A DNA stretch of 64,000 nucleotides, from NCBI GenBank assembly GCA_964367355.1, contig CAYIWY010000003.1, positions 36,919 to 100,918 on the forward strand, written 5' to 3'. This document shows, one piece after another, positions 17,628 through 26,625 of the stretch. A program made the translations under genes and the position numbers. The notes under the pieces are model-generated. The model made no database searches, was not told the origin of the DNA, and saw nothing but the letters and a program-made list of their open reading frames with translations. Positions within the stretch are counted from its first letter, which is position 1, and the number at the start of each line of letters is the position of its first letter. The DNA comes from an uncultured Gammaproteobacteria bacterium (lineage in GTDB: Bacteria > Patescibacteriota > Microgenomatia > Woykebacterales > RBG-16-39-9b).

Positions 17628-18614
17628 ATGAAGATCCCTCCTTCGTATACAGTTACTCCAGAAATGCTGGGGTTTATTGCCAAAATTGAAGCTGAGCGAT
17701 TGCATATTGCATCCCTTACCCTCCCAAAACCTCTAAAAGAAAAAATCCAAAGAGTTAGCCTTTTAAAAAGCTCTCTTTTTTCAGCTCGTATTGAAGGAAA
17801 CCCACTTAAACTTGCAGATGTTGACACAGGAAATAAAAAATCCCAAAAGAAAATAGAAGTATTCAATATCACAAAAGCAATAAGGTTTATAGATGGTCAT
17901 GTAAGAAAAGGTGATCTAAAGATTGATACTCTTTTACAGATTCACATGCTGGTTCTCAAAAATCTAAGTCCTGGTGCCGGTCACATAAGAGCCACGGCAA
18001 GTGCGATTTTCAACCAGGCTGGTGTTGCCGTTTACATGCCACCGCCACCTCGTTCTATTTCAAAGTTGCTAGACGATTTACTCTTCTTTGTTAACTCGGA
18101 TACGGAAAAGTTTCCTCTTATAGCCGCTTTTGTTGCTCATCTTGTCTTTGAAAAAATCCACCCTTTTTTAGACGGAAACGGGAGAGTAGGTAGGCTTCTT
18201 ATTTCCTCAATACTAAAATCCCGCGGTTGGGATTTTACTTTCTCCGTACCATTCGAAGAATATCTAGATAACCACAAAGATGATTACTATTTTCACTTGG
18301 ACAAGGGGCAAGTTGATACTAATGATTATTTGCTTTTTATGCTTGAGGCTTTCTGGCAACAAACTCAAACTATAAAAGCTCAAATCGAAGAAGAATTAGC
18401 TCGTGGCGACAAAGTGTTTTTACCTCCAAGGCAGGAGGAGATATACAATGTAATACGCGATCATAAAGTTGTTCCTTTTGATATGATAAGGCGTAGGTTT
18501 GTTAAGGTACCAGAAAGGACGTTGCGATACGATTTAAAGAAACTTTTAGATAGAGAGCTTATTGAAAAAAGCGGAGAAACAAGAGGGCGGTTTTACCGAG
18601 TTAAGAACAAATAG
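17628..18614 (+). CDS. Fic/Doc-family protein (AMPylator-type) with N-terminal inhibitory motif
   Basis: Fic motif HPFLDGNGRVGR; N-terminal SARIEGN matches the [S/T]xxxE[G/N] auto-inhibition helix of class II Fic; C-terminal wHTH-like region. Confidence 0.85.
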   Translation: MKIPPSYTVTPEMLGFIAKIEAERLHIASLTLPKPLKEKIQRVSLLKSSLFSARIEGNPLKLADVDTGNKKSQKKIEVFNITKAIRFIDGHVRKGDLKIDTLLQIHMLVLKNLSPGAGHIRATASAIFNQAGVAVYMPPPPRSISKLLDDLLFFVNSDTEKFPLIAAFVAHLVFEKIHPFLDGNGRVGRLLISSILKSRGWDFTFSVPFEEYLDNHKDDYYFHLDKGQVDTNDYLLFMLEAFWQQTQTIKAQIEEELARGDKVFLPPRQEEIYNVIRDHKVVPFDMIRRRFVKVPERTLRYDLKKLLDRELIEKSGETRGRFYRVKNK

Positions 18615-18689
18615 TTGTACAAAACTTACCTTATTTTTCCAGTTAATATATAATTGAGGGAATTATTATTTTGATTAAATTAAGAATTT

Positions 18690-19613
18690 ATGTCTAAAGT
18701 AATTGTTGCCGGAGGAGCTGGGTTTCTCGGCTCTCACATAAATAAAGTACTACTTGATCAAGGTCACCAAGTTCGTGTTATAGACAATTTATCGACTGGT
18801 TTTAAAGAAAACATCGATCCACGTGCCGAATTTGTTCAAGTGGATTTGGCCTCTCAAGATGAATTAGCAAAATCACTTTCAGGATTTGAGGCTGTAATTC
18901 ATTTAGCCAATTCAATCATCGTCCCGGAGTCAGTTGAAAAACCGGTAGAATATGCAGAGAACAATGTAGTTAACAGCGTAAAATTGCTTGAAGCGATGAA
19001 GGAAGCTGGAGTTAGAAAGATAATTTTTTCCTCTTCGGCAACAGTTTACGGAGACAGCGGAAAACTGCCGTTGACTGAAAGTAGCCCACTTGGAGTTCAA
19101 AACAATCAATATGGAGCTTCCAAAGTTGCCATGGAAGCTTTTATTGGGGTTTATCACAAGCTCTACAATTTCGACACAATTATTTTGCGTTATTTCAATC
19201 CATTTGGACCAAATGAAAAACACGAGCCGGAAACTCACGCAATTCCAAATTTTATTCAGGCAGCCTTAAAGAAAGAAGAAATCCCACTTTACTGGAAAGG
19301 CGAGCAAGTCCGCGATTTTATTTATGCTCCAGATTTGGCCGAAGCTCACTCGGCTGTTTTGGACCTGAAAGGTTTACAAATATTTAATGTCGGAACGGAG
19401 ACTGGAACAAAAGTTATTGATACAGTTCACGAAATCTTCAAAATAGTCGGTTACGAGGTTCCAATCAAAGATTTAGGGGAAAGAGCTGGGGACGCTGCTG
19501 CAACTTACGCTAGTTCAGAGAAACTGATGTCGACTACTGGTTGGAAGGCAAAACACTCACTTCACGACGGGTTAGTTAAAACTATCGAATATTTCAAAAA
19601 CCAAAATGATTAA
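18690..19613 (+). CDS. NAD-dependent sugar epimerase/dehydratase (GalE-like)
   Basis: Rossmann GGAGFLGSH; catalytic YGASK; short-chain dehydrogenase/reductase (SDR) extended family. Confidence 0.8.
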   Translation: MSKVIVAGGAGFLGSHINKVLLDQGHQVRVIDNLSTGFKENIDPRAEFVQVDLASQDELAKSLSGFEAVIHLANSIIVPESVEKPVEYAENNVVNSVKLLEAMKEAGVRKIIFSSSATVYGDSGKLPLTESSPLGVQNNQYGASKVAMEAFIGVYHKLYNFDTIILRYFNPFGPNEKHEPETHAIPNFIQAALKKEEIPLYWKGEQVRDFIYAPDLAEAHSAVLDLKGLQIFNVGTETGTKVIDTVHEIFKIVGYEVPIKDLGERAGDAAATYASSEKLMSTTGWKAKHSLHDGLVKTIEYFKNQND

Positions 19614-20583
19614 CGAGAAGAAAATTGTTGTTATTGGTGGAGGAACCGGGACTTATACTGTCTTGTCTGGGCTAAAAAAAATTTCTGCCCAAATTACCGC
19701 GGTTGTGACCATGATGGACTCCGGTGGGTCTTCAGGACGTTTGCGCGACGAGTTTGGACAACTTCCAACCGGAGACGTCCGTCAGGCTTTGGTGGCGCTA
19801 AGTAACGACTCTTCCGTAATGCGACAGCTGTTCAATTATCGATACGAAAAAGGGGAAGGTCTGCAAGGACATAGTTTTGGAAACCTTTTTTTAACCGCCC
19901 TTGCTGAGGTAACCGGGGGGATGGAAAATGCCCTACAAGAGGCTGGAAGAATTTTGAATATTAAAGGCAGTGTTCTTCCGGTTACATTATCTAATTCCAA
20001 TTTAGTTGCCGAATATGAAAACGGACTGATAGTTAAGGGAGAAAATGATATCGATGTTCCGAAACATGATGGAAAACTTCATATAACGAGACTTTCTTTG
20101 GAGCCAAAAGCAGCACCTTTTGAAAAAACCCTTGCTGCAATCTCCCAAGCAGATTTAATCATTCTTGGTCCAGGGGATATTTATACCAGTTTAATCCCAA
20201 ACCTTGTAGTTCCAAAAGTTGCTGATGCAATTTGTAATTCAAAAGCCAAAAAGGTTTATATTGTTAACCTAATGACAAAGTTTGGCCAAACCTACAATTT
20301 TAAAGCCAGCAATTTTGTCGCTGAAATAGAAAAATATTTAGGAAAATGTTTAGACTATGTTTTGATCAATAATAAAGATTTACCAGAGGCTATTATTGAA
20401 CGTTACAAGGCCGAAAACGATTCTCCAGTGGAAGATGATCTTAACGACTCAAACTACAAAGTTATCAGAGAAGATTTGCTGGCAACCGAACCAATTGAAA
20501 GAAAAGCTGGTGATGTTCTTCAAAGAAGCCTGATTCGTCATGATTCTGATAAACTTTCACAAATACTTACAACTTTAGTTTAA
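19606..20583 (+). CDS. yvcK: YvcK/CofD-like (UPF0052) gluconeogenesis factor family protein
   Basis: VVIGGGTGTYTVLSGLK ... VTMMDSGGSSGRLRDEFG ... PTGDVRQAL. Confidence 0.85.
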   Translation: MINEKKIVVIGGGTGTYTVLSGLKKISAQITAVVTMMDSGGSSGRLRDEFGQLPTGDVRQALVALSNDSSVMRQLFNYRYEKGEGLQGHSFGNLFLTALAEVTGGMENALQEAGRILNIKGSVLPVTLSNSNLVAEYENGLIVKGENDIDVPKHDGKLHITRLSLEPKAAPFEKTLAAISQADLIILGPGDIYTSLIPNLVVPKVADAICNSKAKKVYIVNLMTKFGQTYNFKASNFVAEIEKYLGKCLDYVLINNKDLPEAIIERYKAENDSPVEDDLNDSNYKVIREDLLATEPIERKAGDVLQRSLIRHDSDKLSQILTTLV

Positions 20584-20612
20584 ATTTATATATTGACATA
20601 ACTTTACGACAT

Positions 20613-20888
20613 GTGTACCATATGTTTAGTATGATTAGAACTTACATTTACTTTCCTAAGGAATTAAATAGCGAAATTGAGGTTTTAGCCAAAGATGTTA
20701 ATAAAAGCAAAGCTAGTGTAATTAGAGAAGCCTTGCAAGAAGGTCTAAATTCCATTAAAAAGCAAAAAAGTGGCGGTATTGAGGCTCTTCTTAAAATTGC
20801 TGATTTAGGTGAAAAAATAAAAGCAAAAGGCCCAAGTGATTTATCTTCTAATATAGATAAGTATTTGTGGGAAAATTGGAATGTATAA
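20613..20888 (+). CDS. Ribbon-helix-helix antitoxin (VapB/CopG-like)
   Basis: 91 aa; upstream of and overlapping the PIN gene by 8 nt; paralog of 21469-21723. Confidence 0.5.
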   Translation: MYHMFSMIRTYIYFPKELNSEIEVLAKDVNKSKASVIREALQEGLNSIKKQKSGGIEALLKIADLGEKIKAKGPSDLSSNIDKYLWENWNV

Positions 20889-21312
20889 GAAGTTAAAAAC
20901 TATCGTGGTAGATGCAGACGCGATCGTCGCCCAAGCACACCCAGACGATTCTAACCATAGAAAAGCTCTTTCCACCACGCAATATTTAAAAAGTATTAAC
21001 GCACGTGTAGTTTATCCGACCACAGCAGTGTGTGAAGCAGTGACAGTTTTACAACATAAATTGGAAAACTCCGCTACCGCATACGGTACAGCCGTGATAT
21101 TCACCGACCCGGCTCTTCAGGTAGTGGAGATTAATCAAGAAATTATGACGCAAGCAATTAACAATCATTTTAGGCCACACACAAGTAAGAAAAACACTTT
21201 ATTTGATTGTATTGTCCTGGAAATTGCAGAGCAATACAGCGCTGATGCTATCTTCTCATTCGATCACTTTTACAAAAGTAAGGGGTTTAAATTAGCCAGT
21301 GAACTAAAATAG
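20881..21312 (+). CDS. PIN-domain toxin (VapC-like)
   Basis: IVVDADAIVAQ... PIN N-terminal; paralog of 21716-22141. Confidence 0.7.
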   Translation: MYKKLKTIVVDADAIVAQAHPDDSNHRKALSTTQYLKSINARVVYPTTAVCEAVTVLQHKLENSATAYGTAVIFTDPALQVVEINQEIMTQAINNHFRPHTSKKNTLFDCIVLEIAEQYSADAIFSFDHFYKSKGFKLASELK

Positions 21313-21468
21313 TCAATTTTGATACCCTGCTCTTAGGTTTTCAATCCATATACCTTTACTTTTACTAGCAATAATACCTTGATGTATCGGTCTAATATCT
21401 CTGTTTGACTCATTATAGTACATGTACTATTGACATACATCACATATTTAGGGTAAAGTAAATCTACT

Positions 21469-21723
21469 ATGTTGAGAACAAATGTTTATTTAACAAAAGA
21501 ACAGGATCAGGAAATTAAAACTCGTGCTAATGCGACACAAAGAGCTAAAGCTGTAGTTCTGCGTGAGATTATTGAAACAGGAATAAAAGTTACCAATTTA
21601 CAAAAGTCTGCTTCTACCGAAGTCTATATGAAACTTGCCAACATAGCTGACCAGTTTAAGGGTAAAGGCACTGCTCCAAAAGACCTTTCTGCAAATTTAA
21701 ATAAGTATACTTGGGATGAATAA
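21469..21723 (+). CDS. Ribbon-helix-helix antitoxin (paralog)
   Basis: Shares ...KGKG.APKDLS.NL.KY.W. C-terminal pattern with 20613-20888. Confidence 0.5.
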   Translation: MLRTNVYLTKEQDQEIKTRANATQRAKAVVLREIIETGIKVTNLQKSASTEVYMKLANIADQFKGKGTAPKDLSANLNKYTWDE

Positions 21724-22141
21724 ACCGCTAATTGTTATCGCTGACGCTGACTCAATTGTTGCCCAGGCATACGCTGATGACTCTAACCACAAGCTAGTTT
21801 TAGGTTTAGCACAAAAACTTCATGATCAAAGAGCACATATTCTTTTTCCGGCAACAGCAATCGCCGAAGCAGTGACCACCCTGCAAAGAAAATTTTCAGA
21901 CCCACATTTAGCCGCTTCTACACTTGAAGTTTTTACTGAAATTGGTGTCTCAATTGAAAATATAGACGATGAAGTAATTCGTGAAGCGAGGAAGTTATTC
22001 GACCCAAACAAAAGTAAGCAGAACACTTTCTTCGATTGCATAGTCGCTACTGAAGCTAAAAAACACCATGCAGACGCTATTTTCTCTCTCGACACTTGGT
22101 ATACAAAACTAGGTTATAAATTAGTTTCCGATTTGTTTTAG
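21716..22141 (+). CDS. PIN-domain toxin (VapC-like, paralog)
   Basis: LIVIADADSIVAQAYADDSNH... collinear with 20881-21312. Confidence 0.7.
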   Translation: MNKPLIVIADADSIVAQAYADDSNHKLVLGLAQKLHDQRAHILFPATAIAEAVTTLQRKFSDPHLAASTLEVFTEIGVSIENIDDEVIREARKLFDPNKSKQNTFFDCIVATEAKKHHADAIFSLDTWYTKLGYKLVSDLF

Positions 22142-22158
22142 GTTTACTTCATTGTGGG

Positions 22159-22195
22159 TTGACGTTTGTACACATTTGTACTAATATGTACTTAT
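22159..22195 (+). promoter_or_regulatory. Putative promoter/operator with TGTACA/TGTACT repeats
   Basis: TTGACG then TTTGTACACATTTGTACTAATATGTACT; same TGTAC operator theme as at 10046-10080. Confidence 0.4.
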
Positions 22196-22210
22196 TAGAT
22201 TTAATTCAGT

Positions 22211-22531
22211 TTGAGAATTGAGGTGAATAAGATAACTATGATCGAAATAATGAAAGCATCAGAAGCAAGACAACAATGGAGTCAAGTTCTAAACAAAGTA
22301 TTCCGTAATCAAACTCGAGTAATTGTTGAAAAAAGTGGTATTCCAGTAGCCGCTGTCATTTCTACTGAAGATCTGCAACGATTAACTGCCCTAGAAGAAC
22401 AGCGTAAAGAACGCTTTAAAGCACTCGATAAAATGCGCGAAGCCTTCAAGGATGTTCCTACTGAAGTAGTCAAACAGGAGATTAATAAAGCAGTTACCCA
22501 AGTACGAGTAGAGAAACGGTCTAACGGTTAG
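22211..22531 (+). CDS. Phd/YefM-like antitoxin
   Basis: 106 aa; SEARQQWSQVLNKV ... RVIVEKSGIPVAAVISTEDLQRL. Confidence 0.6.
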   Translation: MRIEVNKITMIEIMKASEARQQWSQVLNKVFRNQTRVIVEKSGIPVAAVISTEDLQRLTALEEQRKERFKALDKMREAFKDVPTEVVKQEINKAVTQVRVEKRSNG

Positions 22532-22541
22532 TCGCTAATAT

Positions 22542-22964
22542 ATGATTTCAGCAGTTTTGGATACTAATGTCTTAGCATCAGGTACTTTGGTTGCCTTTAC
22601 TCCTCCTGGTCAAATACTCAATGCATGGCGAGCTAACGAATTTGAGTTAGTGCTATCAGAACATATTATTGGTGAGCTGACTCGAACACTTCAGAAGCCT
22701 TATTTTCAAAACCATGTTACTAGTCAGAAAATCGTTTCTTTTATCGACTTATTGCAAAACGAAGCAACTATTATTTCCATAACTGTGAATATTGAAGGAG
22801 TAGCCACTCATCCAGAAGACGATCTGGTACTTGCGACTGCTGTTAGCGCAAAGGTTGACTACTTAGTAACTGGAGACAAACCCCTTATTGAAAAAATTGG
22901 TGATTCTTATCACAAAATTAACCTTGTTACCCCAGCCAATTTTCTACAAATACTTAAACGATAG
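22542..22964 (+). CDS. PIN-domain toxin
   Basis: MISAVLDTNVLASG... PIN N-terminus; conserved D/T. Confidence 0.7.
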   Translation: MISAVLDTNVLASGTLVAFTPPGQILNAWRANEFELVLSEHIIGELTRTLQKPYFQNHVTSQKIVSFIDLLQNEATIISITVNIEGVATHPEDDLVLATAVSAKVDYLVTGDKPLIEKIGDSYHKINLVTPANFLQILKR

Positions 22965-23040
22965 AATTAACAATACGCATACAATTGTATATAATCGCAT
23001 ATAGATAGTCTGCACAAACCATGTTAAAAAAAATAGAAAG

Positions 23041-23179
23041 ATACCAAGTTATTCGCGAAGATTTGTTAGCTGCTGAACCAATTGAAAGAAAAGCTGGGGA
23101 TGTGTTGCAAAGAAGCCTGATTCGGCATGATAGTGAAAAGTTAGCTAAAGTAATATCTAGATTCCCTTTAGTTGTTTGA
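23041..23179 (+). pseudogene. Diverged duplicate of the yvcK 3' end (fragment 1)
   Basis: Translates YQVIREDLLAAEPIERKAGDVLQRSLIRHDSEKLAKVI..., ~85% nt identity to 20455-20583 (VIREDLLATEPIERKAGDVLQRSLIRHDSDKLSQILTTLV*). Confidence 0.75.
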
Positions 23180-23292
23180 CAAACCGTCTCAATATGATAC
23201 GATATAGTCCATGAGTGAGACGATTCTAACTCTTCGACAGCTGACTTAAACCCTTCTGTTAAAAAGTCAACACAATTTCTAGTATTCCTAAG

Positions 23293-23916
23293 TTACAGAT
23301 TACTAAGTTTCTTAACTTCACTCCTCAATCTTTTTTTTACCTCTTCGAAAGCAATACCATTATTATTTTTAAATATTATTTTCTCCTGCATAACATCTTC
23401 AAAATAAACCAGGCTTTTCAAGATCAAGTTCCTGTCTAATTGGGGGTATTTCCTACGAGCCTTATCTAAGAGATCAGATAGTGAAAAAATCTTTAAAATA
23501 AAATACAGGTCAATGTAATCCTTGTTACTTGCTCTTGTGGTGATGGCCGATAACTTCATGCAACCGATATCTGCTATTCCAGCATAAGTTATATTTTCAT
23601 CACTAATGGTTTCATCGATTAATTTATATTTATAAGTAAAAAAGCTTATCTTTACTGAGTCATCAATTAGCACTGTTAGCGTATTGTTTTCTTCTTGTAT
23701 TTTTAATAATTTATACCCTTCAAAAAATTTTCTTAATCGTTCAAATAATCTTGCAGTATGTATGTCTCCATCGCTAAAAAAATCAAAGTCTAGACTGTCT
23801 CGATGCCCTATTTGTAAAGCTAGGGATGTCCCGCCAGCAAGGTAGAAATCATTCTTAAAATTTTTAAAAAGAGGTAGGAGGTCGAGTCTTTTTTTATCTA
23901 AAATAGTGTAAAACAT
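23293..23916 (-). CDS. AbiEii/AbiGii-like nucleotidyltransferase (putative toxin)
   Basis: LAGGTSLALQIGHRDSLDFDFF matches the GGTAL...R.S.DiDf N-terminal signature of DUF1814/AbiEii; paralog of 41422-42084. Confidence 0.5.
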   Translation of the reverse strand: MFYTILDKKRLDLLPLFKNFKNDFYLAGGTSLALQIGHRDSLDFDFFSDGDIHTARLFERLRKFFEGYKLLKIQEENNTLTVLIDDSVKISFFTYKYKLIDETISDENITYAGIADIGCMKLSAITTRASNKDYIDLYFILKIFSLSDLLDKARRKYPQLDRNLILKSLVYFEDVMQEKIIFKNNNGIAFEEVKKRLRSEVKKLSNL

Positions 23917-23918
23917 AA

Positions 23919-24188
23919 CTATCTCAAAATTCTTATATTAGCCTGTCCGGGCTCAACATCCAGCAGAAGAGACCAAAAAACTATCGATTTATTATTCCAT
24001 TCTCCGGGCAAGGGATGAATCAGACAAGCTTTGATATCTGCCTTTGAGTACACCTTAAAAAGCCAATCAGTTGCCTCTTTTGTACCAAGATTCAGCACAT
24101 TGGTGATAATCCGCTTTTTATCAGCTGCTAGGTCTAATTCTTTAATATCATACGACCATAAAAAAGGCTGAACAAATTTAGGTATCAT
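23919..24188 (-). CDS. Small partner protein of the AbiEii-like NTase (putative antitoxin)
   Basis: Directly upstream; weakly similar to 41225-41425 (LINLGLNG vs VLNLGTKE). Confidence 0.4.
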   Translation of the reverse strand: MIPKFVQPFLWSYDIKELDLAADKKRIITNVLNLGTKEATDWLFKVYSKADIKACLIHPLPGEWNNKSIVFWSLLLDVEPGQANIRILR

Positions 24189-24349
24189 AACTATATTTTA
24201 ACACAGCTCGCCCGTTTTATCAGTGGCCTGAAGTTCGTGATATTGGAGCTGGATCGTTGATAACAAGTTCAGTACCAAGCACAAAGATTTGCAAACGAGA
24301 CTTATTTTAGATAACTAATTTTCGGATATAAAATGGGCTGGGGGACACA

Positions 24350-24415
24350 CAGGCAAGAAGCCTAATTCGGTATGATAGCGGTAAACTTTCTGGAATAATC
24401 ACAAATTTACTTTAA
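24350..24415 (+). pseudogene. Diverged duplicate of the yvcK 3' end (fragment 2)
   Basis: Translates QARSLIRYDSGKLSGIITNLL*, matching the last ~20 codons of yvcK. Confidence 0.65.
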
Positions 24416-24445
24416 CTTTAGTTTGTTTGTGGTAAAATAGCACGC

Positions 24446-24559
24446 ATGAAAGGTGCAATACTAGCGGGTGGTAAGGGAATACGACTTTATCCTTTAACTC
24501 ACGCAACCAATAAACATCTACTTGCGGTTTTTGATAAGAAAGTTTTAAAAAAATTATAG
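24446..24559 (+). pseudogene. N-terminal remnant (37 codons) of a glucose-1-phosphate nucleotidyltransferase (RfbA/RmlA-like)
   Basis: [32 protein letters not shown] matches the RmlA N-terminus (MKGIILAGGSGTRLYPIT...K.LLP..DKP); premature stop. Confidence 0.6.
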
Positions 24560-24565
24560 GAATGA

Positions 24566-25369
24566 ATGAAAAACATTAGAAATCACTATCGATACCCCAT
24601 TATTCTATTAAAGCAACTAGTCAAGACCGACTTTAAGTTACGCTACCAAGGTTCGGTGTTGGGTTATTCCTGGTCATTGTTAAGACCAATGATACTCTTC
24701 CTGATCTTGTACATAGTATTCGTTAAATTTTTGCGAATAGGTGGGGATACCCCACACTTCGCGGTTTATTTACTGCTAGGAATCGTTGTCTGGGGATATT
24801 TTGCAGAAGTAACAATAGGAAGTGTTAGTTCTATTGTGGCTCGTGGTGATTTGCTGCGAAAGATAAACTTCCCTAAGTATGTCATTGTACTCGCTGGTTC
24901 GTTTTCGGCCTTCATAAACCTCCTGCTCAACTTTGTAGTTATAGCTGTTTTTATGTACATTGACGGAGTTGATCTCCGTTTTACCGTAATTTTATTCCCA
25001 ATTCTGTTGTTGGAACTATATATATTTTCTTTAGCTTTAGCTTTTGTTTTGAGCGCTGTATTTGTTCGTTTCCGGGACATGAATTATATATGGGAGGTAG
25101 TAATGCAGGCGGCCTTCTACGCCACTCCAATCTTATATCCTTTGAGTTTGGTGCCGCTTAGTGCCTCCAAAATCTTAATGCTAAATCCAATGGCACAGAT
25201 TATTCAAGATCTTAGGTACATTCTAATTACCCCACAAGCTGTAACAGTTGATCAGATTTACAACACGCAATATATACGTTTGATTCCTATTACGATCGTC
25301 CTTCTTAGCGTCATTTTTGCAGCACTGTACTTTAGAAAACGATCAAAGTTTTTTGCGGAGGATGTGTAA
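24566..25369 (+). CDS. ABC-2 type polysaccharide export permease (Wzm/TagG-like)
   Basis: 267 aa, 6 predicted TM helices, ABC-2 family pattern; immediately upstream of ATPase. Confidence 0.8.
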   Translation: MKNIRNHYRYPIILLKQLVKTDFKLRYQGSVLGYSWSLLRPMILFLILYIVFVKFLRIGGDTPHFAVYLLLGIVVWGYFAEVTIGSVSSIVARGDLLRKINFPKYVIVLAGSFSAFINLLLNFVVIAVFMYIDGVDLRFTVILFPILLLELYIFSLALAFVLSAVFVRFRDMNYIWEVVMQAAFYATPILYPLSLVPLSASKILMLNPMAQIIQDLRYILITPQAVTVDQIYNTQYIRLIPITIVLLSVIFAALYFRKRSKFFAEDV

Positions 25370-25372
25370 ATT

Positions 25373-26566
25373 ATGAAAAATAAGCAAGAAACGACTATAA
25401 GAGTGGAAGGAGTTTACAAGGATTTTCGATTGCCCTACGAAAAAATATCAACAATTAAATCACTTTTTTTGGATGTTCTAAAAGGAAAATTATTTAAGCG
25501 TAGCTACGAAATGCAACAGGCGCTTAAAGACATTAGTTTTGAAATAAATAAAGGCGAATTCTTTGGTATAGTTGGCCGTAATGGTAGCGGCAAAAGTACC
25601 CTGCTGAAGATTCTGGCCGGGATATACCAACCAACCAAGGGCAAGGTCAGCGTACGTGGTAAGCTGGTGCCGTTTATAGAGCTAGGAGTTGGATTTAACC
25701 CAGAACTTACCGGGCGGGACAACGTATATCTAAACGGCGCGTTGCTAGGCTTTGACCACAAAGAAATAGATGACATGTACGACAGTATTGTAGAGTTTGC
25801 CGAGCTAGAGCAGTTTATGGACCAAAAACTAAAGAACTACTCGTCCGGTATGCAGGTGCGATTAGCCTTTTCAATGGCTATCCGTGCTAAAGCAGATATT
25901 TTGCTAGTCGACGAAGTACTTGCGGTTGGTGATGCTGATTTTCAAAGAAAATGCTTCGAGTATTTTCAGCGGATTAAAGCTGAAGGAACAACTGTTGTCT
26001 TTGTAACACACGACATGGCAGCGGTTAGGCAATATTGTGACAGAGTAGCGCTGATAGATATGAATAAATTGATTTATTTAGATGATGCCGAGACAGTTGC
26101 CAAAAAATATACACAGCTTTTTACTGAAGACAAAGCTGATCAAGAACAGCCTTCAAAACAGACAAAACGCTGGGGAGATAAAAAGGCAGTTTATGAGAGA
26201 GCTACGATCATTCTTGTTGATAATCAAAAAAATATTTTGTTAAGCGCTATGGTACAAGCTAAAGAAGATATATCAGACCCAAACTATGGGTTTATGGTTT
26301 CAAACCAAGCGAAACAACCTATACTGGGCACCAACTCAAAAATCGAGCAGGTCAAAATAAAACCTCTTAAAGCAGGGCAACAGATTAATTTGGAGTGGAA
26401 ATTTCCAAATATTTTTAATGAAGGTAGGTTCTATGTCGAACTTGCATTGATGCATAACACGACGCAAGTAGCTGATTGGTGGGAAAAAGCCACAACATTT
26501 ACTGTAAAAAATGAAAAAAGAACGCCTTATATTGTAAATCCGCCAACTGAATTTTCGAGCAAGTAG
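25373..26566 (+). CDS. ABC transporter ATP-binding protein (Wzt/TagH-like) with C-terminal extra domain
   Basis: Walker A GRNGSGKST, signature YSSGMQVRLAF, Walker B ILLVDEVLAVGD; ~150-aa C-terminal extension as in Wzt proteins that bind modified glycan termini. Confidence 0.85.
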   Translation: MKNKQETTIRVEGVYKDFRLPYEKISTIKSLFLDVLKGKLFKRSYEMQQALKDISFEINKGEFFGIVGRNGSGKSTLLKILAGIYQPTKGKVSVRGKLVPFIELGVGFNPELTGRDNVYLNGALLGFDHKEIDDMYDSIVEFAELEQFMDQKLKNYSSGMQVRLAFSMAIRAKADILLVDEVLAVGDADFQRKCFEYFQRIKAEGTTVVFVTHDMAAVRQYCDRVALIDMNKLIYLDDAETVAKKYTQLFTEDKADQEQPSKQTKRWGDKKAVYERATIILVDNQKNILLSAMVQAKEDISDPNYGFMVSNQAKQPILGTNSKIEQVKIKPLKAGQQINLEWKFPNIFNEGRFYVELALMHNTTQVADWWEKATTFTVKNEKRTPYIVNPPTEFSSK

Positions 26567-26625
26567 TTTATATGAGCTTGGATCTATCTTTACCTTACGA
26601 CCATTATTTTGATAGGATATAGATT

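Noticed and set aside
22965-23292. Possible tRNA or ncRNA in the 330-bp gap after the PIN gene
   Set aside because: No cloverleaf-compatible sequence seen; the gap is explained by the yvcK 3' duplicate (23041-23179) plus short flanks.
24766-25080. 104-aa minus-strand ORF
   Set aside because: Antisense within the Wzm permease gene; no signals.
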